From contig JBHGNT010000021.1 of the NCBI GenBank assembly GCA_043228905.1, positions 7,936,001 through 8,000,000 on the forward strand: a stretch of 64,000 bases of DNA, read 5' to 3'. This stretch comes from Azolla caroliniana (taxonomy: Eukaryota; Plantae; Polypodiophyta). This document shows, one piece after another, positions 13,101 through 25,174 of the stretch. The position numbers were made by a program, and so were the translations under genes. The notes beneath the pieces are model-generated. The model was not told the origin of the DNA, ran no database searches, and saw nothing but the letters and a program-made list of their open reading frames with translations. Numbering within the stretch: position 1 is the stretch's first letter; every line of letters starts with the position of its first letter.

Positions 13101-14555
13101 GGACTGAAGCAGGCTCCCCGACAATGGTACCGGAAGTTCGATTCCTTCATGGCCGATCAAGGGTACCACAAGACGTAGGCCGATCACTGCGTGTTTGTGA
13201 AGAAGTTCGAAGGAGGCGACTTCCTGATACTCCTTCTGTACGTGGACGACATGTTGATCGTCAGATGGAACCAAGCTAGAATACAGATGCTAAAGAAGGC
13301 TCTCAACCGAACGTTCGCGATTAAAGTCTTGGGTCCGGCAAGACAGATGTTGGGGATGCATATCATTCGGAACCGGCCAACGAAGCAACTATGGCTGTCA
13401 CTGGAGAAATACGTGACAAAGGTGCTTCAGCGGTTCAACATGTTAGAAGCGAAACTGGTCGGATCAACACTCCCGGAAAACTGTAGATTATCCGGTAAGC
13501 AAAGCTCGAAGACGAAAGCAGAGAAGGCTGATATGATGAAGGTTCCATATGCCTCTACTGTCGGGAGCTTAATGTACGCAATGGTGTGTACCCGACCGGA
13601 TATAGGATACGCAGTCGGAGTGGTGAGCCGGTTTATGAGTAATCCTAGCAAGGAGCACTGGAACGCGGTCAAATGGATACTCCGGTACTTGAAGGGCACT
13701 TCAAATATGTGTCTTCGATTCGGCTCCGGAAAACCTGAACTTGACGGTTTTACCGATTCGGACATGTCGGTTGCAGAAGACGGTTGCGTTGTCAACCACG
13801 GAGGCAGAGTACATGGCGGCTGTGGAAGCCGGCACGGAAATATTATGGATGAAGGACTTCATTGGAGAGCTCGGTATCTGGCAAGATGAATACCGGTTGT
13901 ATTGCGACAATCAAAGTGCCATCCACCTTGCTAAGAATGCGGCCTACCATTCCCGGACGAACAATATCCAACGAAGGTATCACTGGATCCGGGAAAGAGT
14001 AGATGACTAGGAGTTCGCGCTGACAAAGATCCACACAGCCGAGAACGGGTCAGATATGCTGACCAAAGCACTGATACTCGACAAGCTGGATGGATGCCGG
14101 AAGCGAATCGGACTAGTAAGACATCCCATGCCGGAGTGAAGGGGGAGTTTTTTAGGAAATAGGTCCCTCCGGATGGGAAGTGAGAAGAACAGTACGCCTC
14201 GGCCGAATCTAGATGTGGAGTACCTGGATACGGAAGACCCGGTGAGAACCGGATGACAAGTACCCGGCAACGGAAGACCCGGTGAGAACCGGATGACGAG
14301 TACCTGGCAAGAGCCGGATGGTGAAGACCCAGTGAGAACCGGATGACGTGTGCCCGGCAAGCGTCGGATGATGCAGGCCCGATGAGGAGTGCTCACCGGA
14401 TGAAGGGCCATATTCGTAAATATGTTGTATAAGAGTCCATCAGGGCTATATTTGTAAATAGCCGAAAAGTCATATTAGTAGAAATATGACTTAGGGAAAA
14501 ATTAGTAAAGTTGTTGTTGTCATTCTCGTTGGCGCAAGATTAGAGCGCAACAGTG

Positions 14556-14558
<3 letters not shown>

Positions 14559-14595
<37 letters not shown>
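14559..14595. repeat. (AG)n microsatellite inside the 3' LTR of B
   Basis: Directly visible AG run. Confidence 0.9.
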
Positions 14596-14601
<6 letters not shown>

Positions 14602-17022
14602 CGAAGAGTTCGTATCTTTGTTGTAACCGCCGCCCGTGGCGAAGACAGTGAACAAGAGGTCATTGCCTCTGTGTTCATCTATTGTATATTGTTACATAGT
14701 GATAATTAGCAGTCAATGGACTGCCGTGGTTTTTTTCCCGTGTTTGGGTTTTCCACGTAAACATCCTGTGTACTCTTCTCTCCATTGTGTCGTGCATTCA
14801 TTGCCCATTTTCTATGTTTGATCCTAGACTCGGTTGTGGCTGAGGGTTGTGCTTAGGAAGCGTGTATTTCTTGTCAAATTCTAGCCGGATTCCCTTCGAA
14901 CAACAGTACTCCTCGAATTGCCCCCGGTATTCTCCTTCATTATCTGCTCGAACCGCCTTCAGCTTCCTACCGGTTTCTCCCTTCTAGTCTTGCGTGGACT
15001 TCCTTGAAGACGGATAATACCTGATCCTTTTTCTTCAATGGTGAGACAAACAACTTCCGGCTGTGGTCATCTATGAATGTCACAAAGTACTGCGATCTGG
15101 CATGTGACTTCGTGTCCACCTGGCACACATCGGTATGCACCAACTCCAGTGGTGCATTCCGTCTCATCAGTGGTCTTGATCGGAAGGAGGTTCAGTTTTG
15201 CTTGCCGACCAAGCAATTGGTGCACTTCTGAAGGTGCACCTCTTTCACCTCTGGAATGAGGTTGTCTTCGGCAAGTCTTCTCATCCCATTCTGGATCATG
15301 TGACACAGTCTTTTGTGCCACAGCTCACCGGCAATGTCGCATTCTACGTTTACTTCTTCCCGGTATATCCGGGCATTCATCAGGTACAATGTTTTTACCT
15401 TCCGGGCTCGAGCCACTATTAGGCTCCCTTCGCTGAACTTCATAACTCCGTCCCAAATTCTAACCATGTAGCCTTCATCATCCAACCGACCGGTTGTTAT
15501 CAGGTTCAGTTGAACCTCCGGAACGTGTTGGACATCCTTTAGCAACAACTTGCATCCGGTTGATGTCGTCAACAACACATATCCTATGCCGACAATTCAG
15601 CATGTTCCTTCATTCCCCATCTGGACACAACCATGATCTCCGGCTGTGTAGGATGAAAAGCATCTCTAGTCCGGTGTTAGGTGGAACGACGCTCCGGAAT
15701 CGACAACCCATGTTGTCTCGTTGCCGACAAGGTTTAACTCATTCTCTTCGGTAATGAGCATCAATTCTTGTTCACTTGTCGTGATTGCCGACGTTCCTTT
15801 CCAATCCGGGCCTCTCCGGTCCGAACTCTTCTTTGAATCGGTAGTGTCGGTTTCTTTCTCTTTTCGGAAATGCCGACAGTTCTTCTGGAAATGCCTCGGC
15901 TTTCCACAATAGAAGCAAGTAGGCCTCCCCCTTGACTTCGACCTCTTCCCCGATTTGTCTCGGTTTTAGGGACTCCGATACCGACCTCTTCCCCGGTTGT
16001 GGTCATTTTCCGTGACCAAGGCCTTCGGATCGGTTCCGGACTCCCGGTCCTTCCGGTGAGCTTATTCGTCTAGCAAGCTTGACTTGACTCTTGCTAAGGA
16101 CAACTGCTTTCCTTCCGGCCCAACGTGACAACTAACGTCTCCCAGCTATCCGGGAGGGAACCGAGCAGGAGCAATGCGAGTACCTCATCGTCGAGAGGTA
16201 CTTCCAACGAGATTGCTTGGTGTATTAGCCCCTGGAAGGCATTCATGTGCTCCGCCATACCGGAGCCTCACTAGCTTCCGGAATACCAAAGCCCGATTAA
16301 CGGCATTCTTGTTCTAGAACATGATGCCGATCTTCTCCAAGAGTTCATGAACCTTGCTCTCTTCATTGAAATTATTGTACAGGCTCTTGTCGATGAAGCA
16401 CTGGATGTATCCCATCGTCTTCATGTGCATCACCTCCCACACTGTGGCATCAATCTTGTCCGGTCTCTTGTCCCCGAATTGAACCGGCAACCAAAGATCT
16501 TTAACCACCAACATATCCCTCATCTTCGACTTGCACACTAAGTAGTTGGCGTCGGTGAGCTTGAACATGTCGTTGAACGATTCTTCCATTTCCTGTGTTG
16601 TTCGCTCTGATACTAGTTTGTGAAGAATAGTGTGGAATATAGCTCGGCCACAACCGAATCTTGACTCACTTCATGACAAATCAAACACAGAAATGGGAAG
16701 TAGGGAGTGAGCGCACTTACACACACAAGGAACAATAGAGGATACACAAGATGTTTACATGGAAAAATCTAATAGGGAAAAACCACGGGAGCCCACAAAC
16801 TCCAACTATCACTATATAGGAAAGGTGCAAACATAGACTTAGAGGTAACGGGTTATTTACAAATATAGCCTCAATAGGCTTACTCAAAACTTATTTACAA
16901 ATATGTCTCCTCTTCCGGTTCTCATCGGGTGTATCCGATCCGGTTTCCGGATCTCTTCCGGTTCTCACTGGGTCCTCTTCATTCATAACCGGATCCCATC
17001 CGGAGGGACTGATTTCCCAACA

Positions 17023-17232
17023 TGGTGGTGCCTAGAATGGCTCCACCCCCCTCCCAAGGGGGGTAAACGTTAAGGGGGAGAGAGAGAGAAATGATCATTG
17101 CATTCATTCATTCCCCATAAGGGGTTAAATAGATACAAAGAGGTGTGAGTGAGTGACTAGGTGTGAATGCCAAGGGGGTTTGCACCCTTGTGTATCTACC
17201 TCTTTGTACCGGGAAATGAATGAATACAATGA

Positions 17233-17298
<66 letters not shown>

Positions 17299-18177
17299 AC
17301 ATAACGTTGAACCCCCTTGGGAGGGGGGGTGGAGCCATTCTAGGCACCACCCCCCACCCCACAATACTTCTCAACATCTTCATCATCTCTCTCACCATCA
17401 TACTCTCCATCATTTTCACTATTACACCATTACCATTCATCCTCAACCTCTACCCTAACCCTAAAACCATTAACACTTTTTCCAGAATGGGCATGGTTCC
17501 CATTCCTGGATTCCTAGAGTGTCGCATGCTTGTAGGCTTATGACATTTACTCCCGATCCACCATTGACAATTGTCCCCGCTACTTCTCGTCCTTTGATGA
17601 TGGCAGTGATTGCTGGACTGCTCGTGTCTACCATTGCCACTCCCTCTTTTGGATTTGAGAAGAATGCCAGAGCCAGAGCCAGAGCCGGTGTGGGGCTTGG
17701 TGGGGCCAATGCTTATTTTAAACCGTTGGTGAATCGGGGCACTAATTGCAACAACCAACCCAATGGTTGGATGATCTGGCATTCCCGTAGTGCCTGCCAC
17801 GTGGGGTTCTCCTGTTGCATCGTCTTTGTGGGTTCCTCCGATGTTTTCCTTTGCTCCTGTAGTTCGGTGACATTCCATTCGTTCGCTTTTTCGATCCATT
17901 ATGTGGCTTGTTTTCGGATATCTATTTAACCCCTTATGGGGAATGAATGAATACAATGATCATTTCTCTTTCTCTCTCTCTCTCTCTCCCCCTTAACGTT
18001 GAACCCCCTTGGGAGTGGCGGTGGAGCCATTCTAGGCACCACCCCCCACCCCACAACACTTGTCAATGCTTGTCAACATCTACATCGTCTCTCTCACCAT
18101 CATACTCTCCATCATTTTCACTATTACACCATTACCATTCATCCTCATCCTCTACCCTAACCCTAAAATCATTAACT
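17023..18177. repeat. Cluster of three copies of an LTR-like repeat (one inverted 17023-~17190; direct ~17198-17475 and ~17920-18177) flanking a gypsy protease fragment
   Basis: Shared sequence gaatgaatgaatacaatgatcatt(ct)n...ggagccattctaggcaccacc in all three. ORF 17470-17709 (-) has IVNGGSGVNVIS, a retropepsin-like motif. Confidence 0.75.
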
Positions 18178-18179
18178 CA

Positions 18180-19323
18180 GCAGTCAGAAACATTGTGGCC
18201 AACTTTTTTGCAATGTGTGCAAAATTCGCTTGATCGGCCCGTTCTCGACTTCGACCACCGTCGGTCTCCCCTCATTTTCGATTGACTATATCGTCGACTG
18301 TCGGCTTGTCCTTTTGATCATCTTTGTCAGTCGACTGATTCGGTCGAGTGATGGGCTTCTACTGACTCTTCGATGGTGAGTCCCATCGATTTTTGCCGAA
18401 TGTCTTCGGTGAGGACTTGACCGGTCGTTTCATCCAAATTTAGGATTGGTCGGCTATTAGCGTATGTCGTGCAAAATACCTCCCAACTCATCGGCAAGCT
18501 TGATAGGAGGGCTAGGGCTTTCACTTCTTCTTCGAAGTTGATCCCTTGTGAGGAGAGTTCTGTCAACACCCGCGGAAGATGTTGATGTGGGAGGTGGCCA
18601 GATTGGTCTCTCTCATCTTCATGTTGAACAATTGTTTGATCAAAATCAGTTTTGAAGATGAGGACTTTTTCTCGTACACGGCTTGTAGTTTCTCCCATAG
18701 GGAGAACGTTGTCATCTCTTTTGCCATGCTAAAGTAGATTTTTTGGCTAGGTGCATTCGAATGGTGGAGTGTGCAATTTTGTCCATTGATCTCCACTCAC
18801 TGGCTGATATTGAAGCAGGCTTTTCGGAGTGTTGAATGGTCTCGATCTGTCTTCAAATAATCAATACGTCCTACATCATCTCCTTCCATAGGGCAAAGTT
18901 TTTGTCATCAAGTTTTCGGATTTCAACTCCTGTACTGGATGTTGATGCCATGATTCTCTCGGAAGTGAGATTTACTAACCTGGTCTTTTCTTTCAGCCTT
19001 TTCTATTGTCTATTGCCGCTGAGCAATAGATCTCTCTGATACTAGTTGATGGTGAATATGTATGCGGAAGCATATGAGAACTTGTCTATGCTTACTAAGA
19101 AGACAACACAAAATGGAAGGAGGCGAAGACTTACACAGAATCACGCTTTAATGGAAAGCTTTATTACATTCTCTCTCTCTCTCTCTCTGAGATTCCATAA
19201 TATATGATCAAGAGTTACTCTTTACAACGTGAGGTTATTGCTTATATACTAAGCCCTAACTATGTGGACGAGTTCACAATCAGATGGATACAAGATCGAA
19301 GGAGTCGGCCTTTTATGCCAACA
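18180..19323 (-). mobile_element. Truncated Ty1/copia element (LTR plus gag fragment)
   Basis: LTR 19047-19323 (minus starts TGTTGGCATA). Degenerate iMet PBS 19034-19044. Gag remnants (LWEKLQAVYEKKS, ALALLSSLPMSWEVF). Confidence 0.85.
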
Positions 19324-22300
19324 CCTTGCTGTCGCGGTATTGGCGCCCCTCGACCCATCAGCTCTTCCGTGTCGGCGTCGGCTTTAATTGCCTCCTTGTT
19401 TGCTTAGCCTCTGTGTAATTTGGCTCATCCAAATCACCTTTCATGATCGAATTGGTTGGTTCTGATTCGTTCTAGCTCTTGTCTGAATTGCCTTCTCCAA
19501 TTCGTCCTCCTTTAGGCCCTTCAACCACATCTGCCCATGTCATGGTCTTGGCCTTCACTCGGTCAGCTTTGTCCTTTTCGACTCTACCTCCTTTCCTACC
19601 CTTCTCAGCTTCACTTCTAGTTGGTTCCGTTGGCTCTGGTTTCAGCTCTCTCTTTCGGCCGCCACCCCTGCATCTAGCTAATCTCTTCTTAGTCGATCTT
19701 TTTCCATCTGTCCATCCGAACGTTCCAACTTCTTCAGTCATGCCGAAATCGAATTCTACATCCGATTTGGTTCTTCTTCGGACTTCGTCTCTCTCCTTTT
19801 CGGCTTCACTCCTCCCCCTCAAGTTCGGCATATTCAGGTGTTGCAAACCGAGCCTGCTAGAGAAATGTCACAGCTTGTCTAGGCCAAGAGGTTTGGTGAA
19901 TATATTGGTAACCTTCCGATCGGTCGAAACATGAAGAAGTTTGACTTCTCTCGAGAGGACTCGCTCGTGGACAAAATGATAGTGCACCTCGATGTGCTTT
20001 GTCCGAGCATGGAAGACAGGGTTCTTCGCTAACTGGATGCTACTAAGGTTGTCCCAAAATGATTGTCGGCTCGGACACCTCTACATGCAAATCCTTTAAT
20101 AGCCTTTTGAGCCAAATGACTTCGCACGTGGCGACAGCTGCCCCCTTAATGCTCCACATTGCCACTGTCAGTTGCTTTTAACTACTCTAGGAAATCACAA
20201 CACTTCCCAGTGAAAACGTGAGGCCAAATGTTGACCTGTGATCGCTTGCATTTCTGGCCCAATCGGCATCCGTGTAGGTGATTAACTCTTCGGCTACTCC
20301 TGCTTGATACAACAACGCCCTAATATCCTTAGTGCTGCTGACATATAGTAATATCCTTTGCACGCACTAAAGGTATTCATTCTTTGGTTGCGACATGAAT
20401 TGACTTATCAAGCCGACCGGGTAGCTGAGGTTCAGCCGAATGACAGTCAAATAAATAAGGCTCCCGACAATTTGTCGAAACCATCTCGGGTCGCACGCCT
20501 CTCCCGAATCTCAGTGAAGCTTCACGTTTTTGTCCAGAGGGGTTGAGATGGACTTACAATACGCCATCCCGAACTTGAAGAGTATATTAAACACATTGGC
20601 GATGGCTGATCAATATGCCTTCGGGGGCTTGGATCACTTCATTCCCGAGGAAGTAATGAAGATCCCCTAGATCCTTCATCTCGAATGATGCTGCAAGCTG
20701 AGACTCTACTTGACCGATGTCTCCGAGGTCGGCACCGGTGATGACTAGATTATCAACATATAGTAGAAGGCTAATCGGTCCAATCTGACTCGCTCGAATG
20801 AATAGTGAAGAGTCAGATTTTGATGTACCAACTTTGTGTGATCTTCGCGTTCCACACACGCGGGGCTTGCTTTAGTCCATACAATGACTTCTTCAATCAA
20901 CAAACTGCTGAGGTGTTTCGTTTGGATAAAAAACCGAGGGGTTGTATCATTTACACATGTTCCTTAAGATGGCCTTGCAAGAATGCGTTCCTTACATCCA
21001 TTTGATGTAAGTGCCACCCCTTTGCCACTGCTACCGCCAACAATACATAGACAATGGTCATCTTCGCGATCGACGCGAAGGTCTCTTCGTAATCAACATA
21101 TCGGGTTTTTACGTGTAGCCCTTTGCCACTAATCGGGCCTTATATCGGTTGATCGAGCTGTCAGCGTTGTACTGGACCTTGTACACCCATGTGCATCCAA
21201 TCGGCTTCACACCCTTGGGAGCGTCAACCAGATCCCAAGTCTCATTCTCCGTTAGCGCACACATCTCTTCCTCCCTAGTGGCACACCAATTCGCATCCTT
21301 GGCCGCTTTTGCGTAGCTCTCTGGCTCACGCACATTTTCCACCTTCGCCATATATGCATAATGATGTACCTGTATTGAATTATGGGATTCTTTTGGCGGG
21401 TGGATCGACACAACTTCTGATCCGCTGATTTCGTGGCCCTCTCAGCCGATTTCGACCCTGTTTTCAGAGGTCCCTCCTTGCTTCTAGCCTCGGTGCCATA
21501 TTCGAGCATCTTCATGTTCCCTTTCTCCTTGCACGGAAATCATCTCCTCGATTTCTAGTGTGGGGACTGCACAATCGAGTCTCCACTACTCGTCGGCTCT
21601 TCATCTGACTGGTCCATTCAACTCAGTCCCTGATTCGGCCCACTAAACCGAAATGAGATTAGACTCTCTTTTAGAGTTCCGATTTCCTCTTCATCAAGGG
21701 GCATCTCGGCCTCACTGGCCTCATCCTCACAATTCGGAATGGAGTGGATGGGAGTAGGAGGTGAGGGCATGTACCACAAAGCCAATTCATCGAAAATGAC
21801 ATCTTGGCTTCCTCTGCTTTTCCTTCGGCACATGCACATATGCAACACTACCGAAAACCCTCAAGAGTGCCAAATTCGGCTTCTTTCTCCATTTGTGGAA
21901 GTCCGATTCTACAAGTATACCGTCGTCTTGAAGGCTTCGGCCCAATAGAATTTTGGCATATGCTTCTCCTCAAGCATTTCCTTCGCTGCTTCTTCGATGG
22001 TACAATTCTTCCTCTCGGCCACATGGTTCTGCTACGGTGTGTATCTGCGGGAGAATTCACATCGAATTCCTTCCGTTTGTAGATAGTTAGAGAACTGGTC
22101 AAAAAGTATTCTTTCCCGCCATTGGACCTTAGACACTTGATTTTTCAGCCTGTCTCCCATTCGGCAAGGCTTTTCACCTTTAAGAAGCAGGAGAAGACTT
22201 CGTTTTTCTTCTCGATCAAGCACGCCAAAGTGTGCCAAGTGTAGTCATCGATGAAAGTTACAAAGTAACGATTTCCATCGATACTTACGTTCTATGTTAG

Positions 22301-22820
22301 TCCCCATCATCCAAATGGATCAAATCGAGTATGTTTCGGCTCCGGTTTCTTTCATTTGTGAATAGAAATTGTTGATGCTTCCCTAATTGGCAAGCGCTTC
22401 AATGGCGTGAGGGGTGTCATCGCCAGTTTTGACGACCCTCGACTGCTCCGGTTTTTCTAGAGTCGAGAACCACTCCCTGTGATTCGTCATGTGGTTCAAT
22501 GTGCTTGAATCCACATACCACACCTCGTTTGACCTTGAGGTGTTCACTGCCATTGAGTTGGCTTTGTGCCTCGTCACGAAGGTTGGGCCCATTTCAGCTA
22601 GCCTTGAGTCTTCGGCGAAATGCGATCTCTGATGCCTATCCACATCTCCTCACCTTGATCCACCCTTGTTCGAATCGACTCACTTTTTCCAGCACTCGCT
22701 CTCTATGTGGCCCTTCTGGCCACAATACCAACAGTCCATCTCGGCCTTTCCTTGCCGACCTCTGGTGCTGCCTTGACTCCCCCTACCCGTGGAGGGTTCG
22801 GAACTGTTGGCATTTCAATT
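19324..22820 (-). mobile_element. Decayed Ty1/copia element D (zinc knuckle-PR-INT-RT-RH plus 3' extension)
   Basis: CWYCGQKGHIESEC at about 22700-22740, WYVDSS protease, YKARLVAKGY, LLLYVDNL, KHIEVHYHFV, then a charged in-frame extension (ORF 19472-19846). Confidence 0.88.
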
Positions 22821-22864
22821 ATGCCTCGATATCTACTCCGCTCTGTGAATGATTTCACGGCTTC

Positions 22865-23368
22865 TGTTGTCCATAGGCCAAAAATATAAATACATTATGT
22901 AACTCGTCGGTAGGTAGAAAAGTAGGTGAGGAAATAGGTAGAACTAGGAATAGTCGAATTGTTAGCCCTCACAATCAGTCGATGGCTCGGCTCTGTCTAA
23001 AGAGGAAAACTGTATAAACCGAGATCGGCATACCTCAATAGTGGGAATATCTAGAACATTTTTAGCAAGATTAATATCGTAGCACTAAGCTCTGCACGAA
23101 CTGTTTCCGGCCGAGAGCCGTGTACTGTAATCATTGTGAGCCTTATCATTCAATACAAGTTTCGCTCTAAGACTTACTGTTCTTTTATCTATGTATTCTC
23201 CCCGTACTCGTAAACCGAGCTACGTTTATGCCTAACGGGTTGTAGCCCGTGTACGCTCCTCGTTCTCCTATCGTCTTCTCAATGCAGAAGAGGCTTCCAC
23301 GTAACACGATCCCTTGATACTGATAGCTTGTGGGCTCATCGAAGATGTTTCCCCAGAAAGGGTTAACA
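22865..23368 (+). mobile_element. Solo LTR (related to 52162-52618)
   Basis: TGTTGTCCA...GGGTTAACA. Flanks GCTTC/CCTTC (4 of 5 match). Confidence 0.8.
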
Positions 23369-23545
23369 CCTTCTAGTGTTCTCATGATAGACAAATCTTA
23401 TTTGTTTCCATTTGAGTCTTCATACTCAGGCATTTTGGCCTTCCCTTTGTCCAGTTTCGGACTTGGCCGCGACGTGTTTTGGTTGCTTGTAGGCTCTTGT
23501 GGTCTACTCAATGTGGTTGAGATTGGACTCTCCTCCAGTGCAAGC

Positions 23546-23857
23546 TGTTACCCATAAGAATATATGGGGAGGTATAAGGGTATGTGTAATGATGTGGTTG
23601 ATGTGTATGTGTAAAGTAAATGAGTGTGTGAGGATGAGTATGTGTATGGACACATGCACAATTATGTGCATGTGTACAAGAATGTGTAACGGTCTTATTT
23701 ATAATGGTCATGTAACCGTTACATTGGATGTATTATATAAACCCCTCTCTCATTTGGTGTCATTCTCTATTTTCTTTACTTCTCTCTTTCCCTCACACGT
23801 AACCCCCTTGGGAGGGGGGTGAAACCATTCTAGGTTTCACCCCCCACCCCAACAACA
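23546..23857 (+). mobile_element. Solo LTR with 5-bp TSD CAAGC
   Basis: TGTTACC...CAACAACA. CAAGC at 23541-23545 and 23858-23862. Central TATATAAA and a 3' hairpin. Confidence 0.88.
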
Positions 23858-25174
23858 CAAGCCTTGATCGATCCTCCTCCTTTGAGTCTATATCGAAATC
23901 GGTTTCGATTGGATCTTATGGAACTGGGTCGATTGTGTACCAAGATATGAATTCATCGAATATGACATCCCTACTCACTCATACCTTCTTGGTGGCGGGG
24001 TTGAAGCACTTATACCCTTTTTTTTCAAGCAAGCACCCCACGAGGATACACTTCTCCGATTTTGGATCGAGCTTTTTCCGCTTTTCATCAGGAATATGTG
24101 CGAATGCGATAGAGCCGAATATCCTGACATGGGATAAGTTCAGCTTCTTTACATAGAACTTCTCGTGGGGGGTAATATCGGGTACTCCGGATGTTTTGCA
24201 GCAATTCATTAGATAGACGGTCATGTTTGCCGCTTCAGCCCAGTATGATTTCGGCAGATGTTTCTCATTCATCATTGCCCTTGCCACCTCGAGTATATGT
24301 CGGTTCTTTCATTTGGCTACTCCATTTTGCTGACATGTGTGTCGGTAGGTGAACTCCCGCCAAATTCCTTCTTGTTGAAGGTATGTTGTGAAGGCACCGG
24401 AGAAATATTCCTTGTCGTTGTCCGATCAAAGGCTTCAGACATGCCGACCGGTTGCCTTTTGGACTTTGTTTTTTATTTTTTGGAAGTGCGAGAACACTTC
24501 ACACTTCTGCCACATTGGGAATATCCAAGAGTGCCTAGAGAAGTCGTCGATGAATGTCACATAGTACCGACAACCACCGAATGTTGTCATTTGGGTTGGC
24601 CCCATACATTTGAATGTATTACATCCAGGATCCCTTTGCTCATGTTCCTCTCTTTCGAGAACGGTTGACGATGTTGTTTGCCGAATTGGCAGGCTTCACA
24701 TACACCTATAACCCCATTCTCAGTAAAGGTCGGGAATCCAATGAAGACTCCTTTCGATTGCATTCCTTTGAGCTTCTAGAGATTAATATGGCCAATTCTT
24801 TTGTGCCATAGCTCTATGTCGGTGTCGGCTTTATGGCCCTTGGCAAACATTACTGATTTCATCTCGTGAGAAGCAAGGATGAACATTCAGCCTTCTCTTT
24901 GACCGTGAGTGATCATTTGGCCTTCCTGTTCGATAAAACACCCTCTATAATTGAAGCGAGCTTGCATGCCCTATTCCACAATATGGCCAACCGAGACTAG
25001 ATTCTTCGTTATCGTTGGAACATGCAAGATGTTCTTGATGTAGGTTTAGTCGCCCTCTTCTCCGAAAGGGGCATTACCGACAAGCTGAATGGGGTGAATT
25101 GTGTCATCCCCTATTTCCACATAGTTGGGATGTTCGGGCTTTTGTAGTTCTCAAAATCAATATTTATGAGATGG

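Larger units (their letters stand above)
3656..14876 (+). mobile_element. Ty1/copia element B, both LTRs present, 5-bp TSD AATTC, carries nested gypsy 1
   Basis: 5' LTR 3656-4157, PBS TGGTATCAGAGC 4161-4172. Gag-PR-INT 4188-5933, resuming 12282. RT (LLYVDDML) and RNase H about 12753-14139. PPT GAAGGGGGAG 14138-14147, 3' LTR 14150-14876. AATTC at 3651-3655 and 14877-14881. Confidence 0.95.
2530..17022 (-). mobile_element. Ty1/copia element C (same family), decayed host element split by A and B; own sequence is 2530-3655 and 14877-17022
   Basis: 5' LTR 16619-17022 (minus starts TGTTGGGAAATCAGTCCCTCCGG). PBS 16604-16615 (TAGTATCAGAGC). Gag 16589 downward, integrase to 14877 resuming at 3655, RT (WVYKLK, LDVK.AFLHG) to 2530. 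Many stops and frameshifts. Confidence 0.9.
22821..25174 (-). mobile_element. Ty1/copia fragment (PR region, integrase, INT-RT linker), interrupted by two solo LTRs
   Basis: ORF 23979-24287 (YWAEAA, FGSIAFAHIPDEKRKKLDPKSEKC). Continuity across both solo LTRs. Confidence 0.82.

Noticed and set aside
17453-17466. CCCTAACCCTAAA telomere-like motif (also 18155-18167 and about 30380)
   Set aside because: Only one or two units embedded in other repeats; not an interstitial telomere array.
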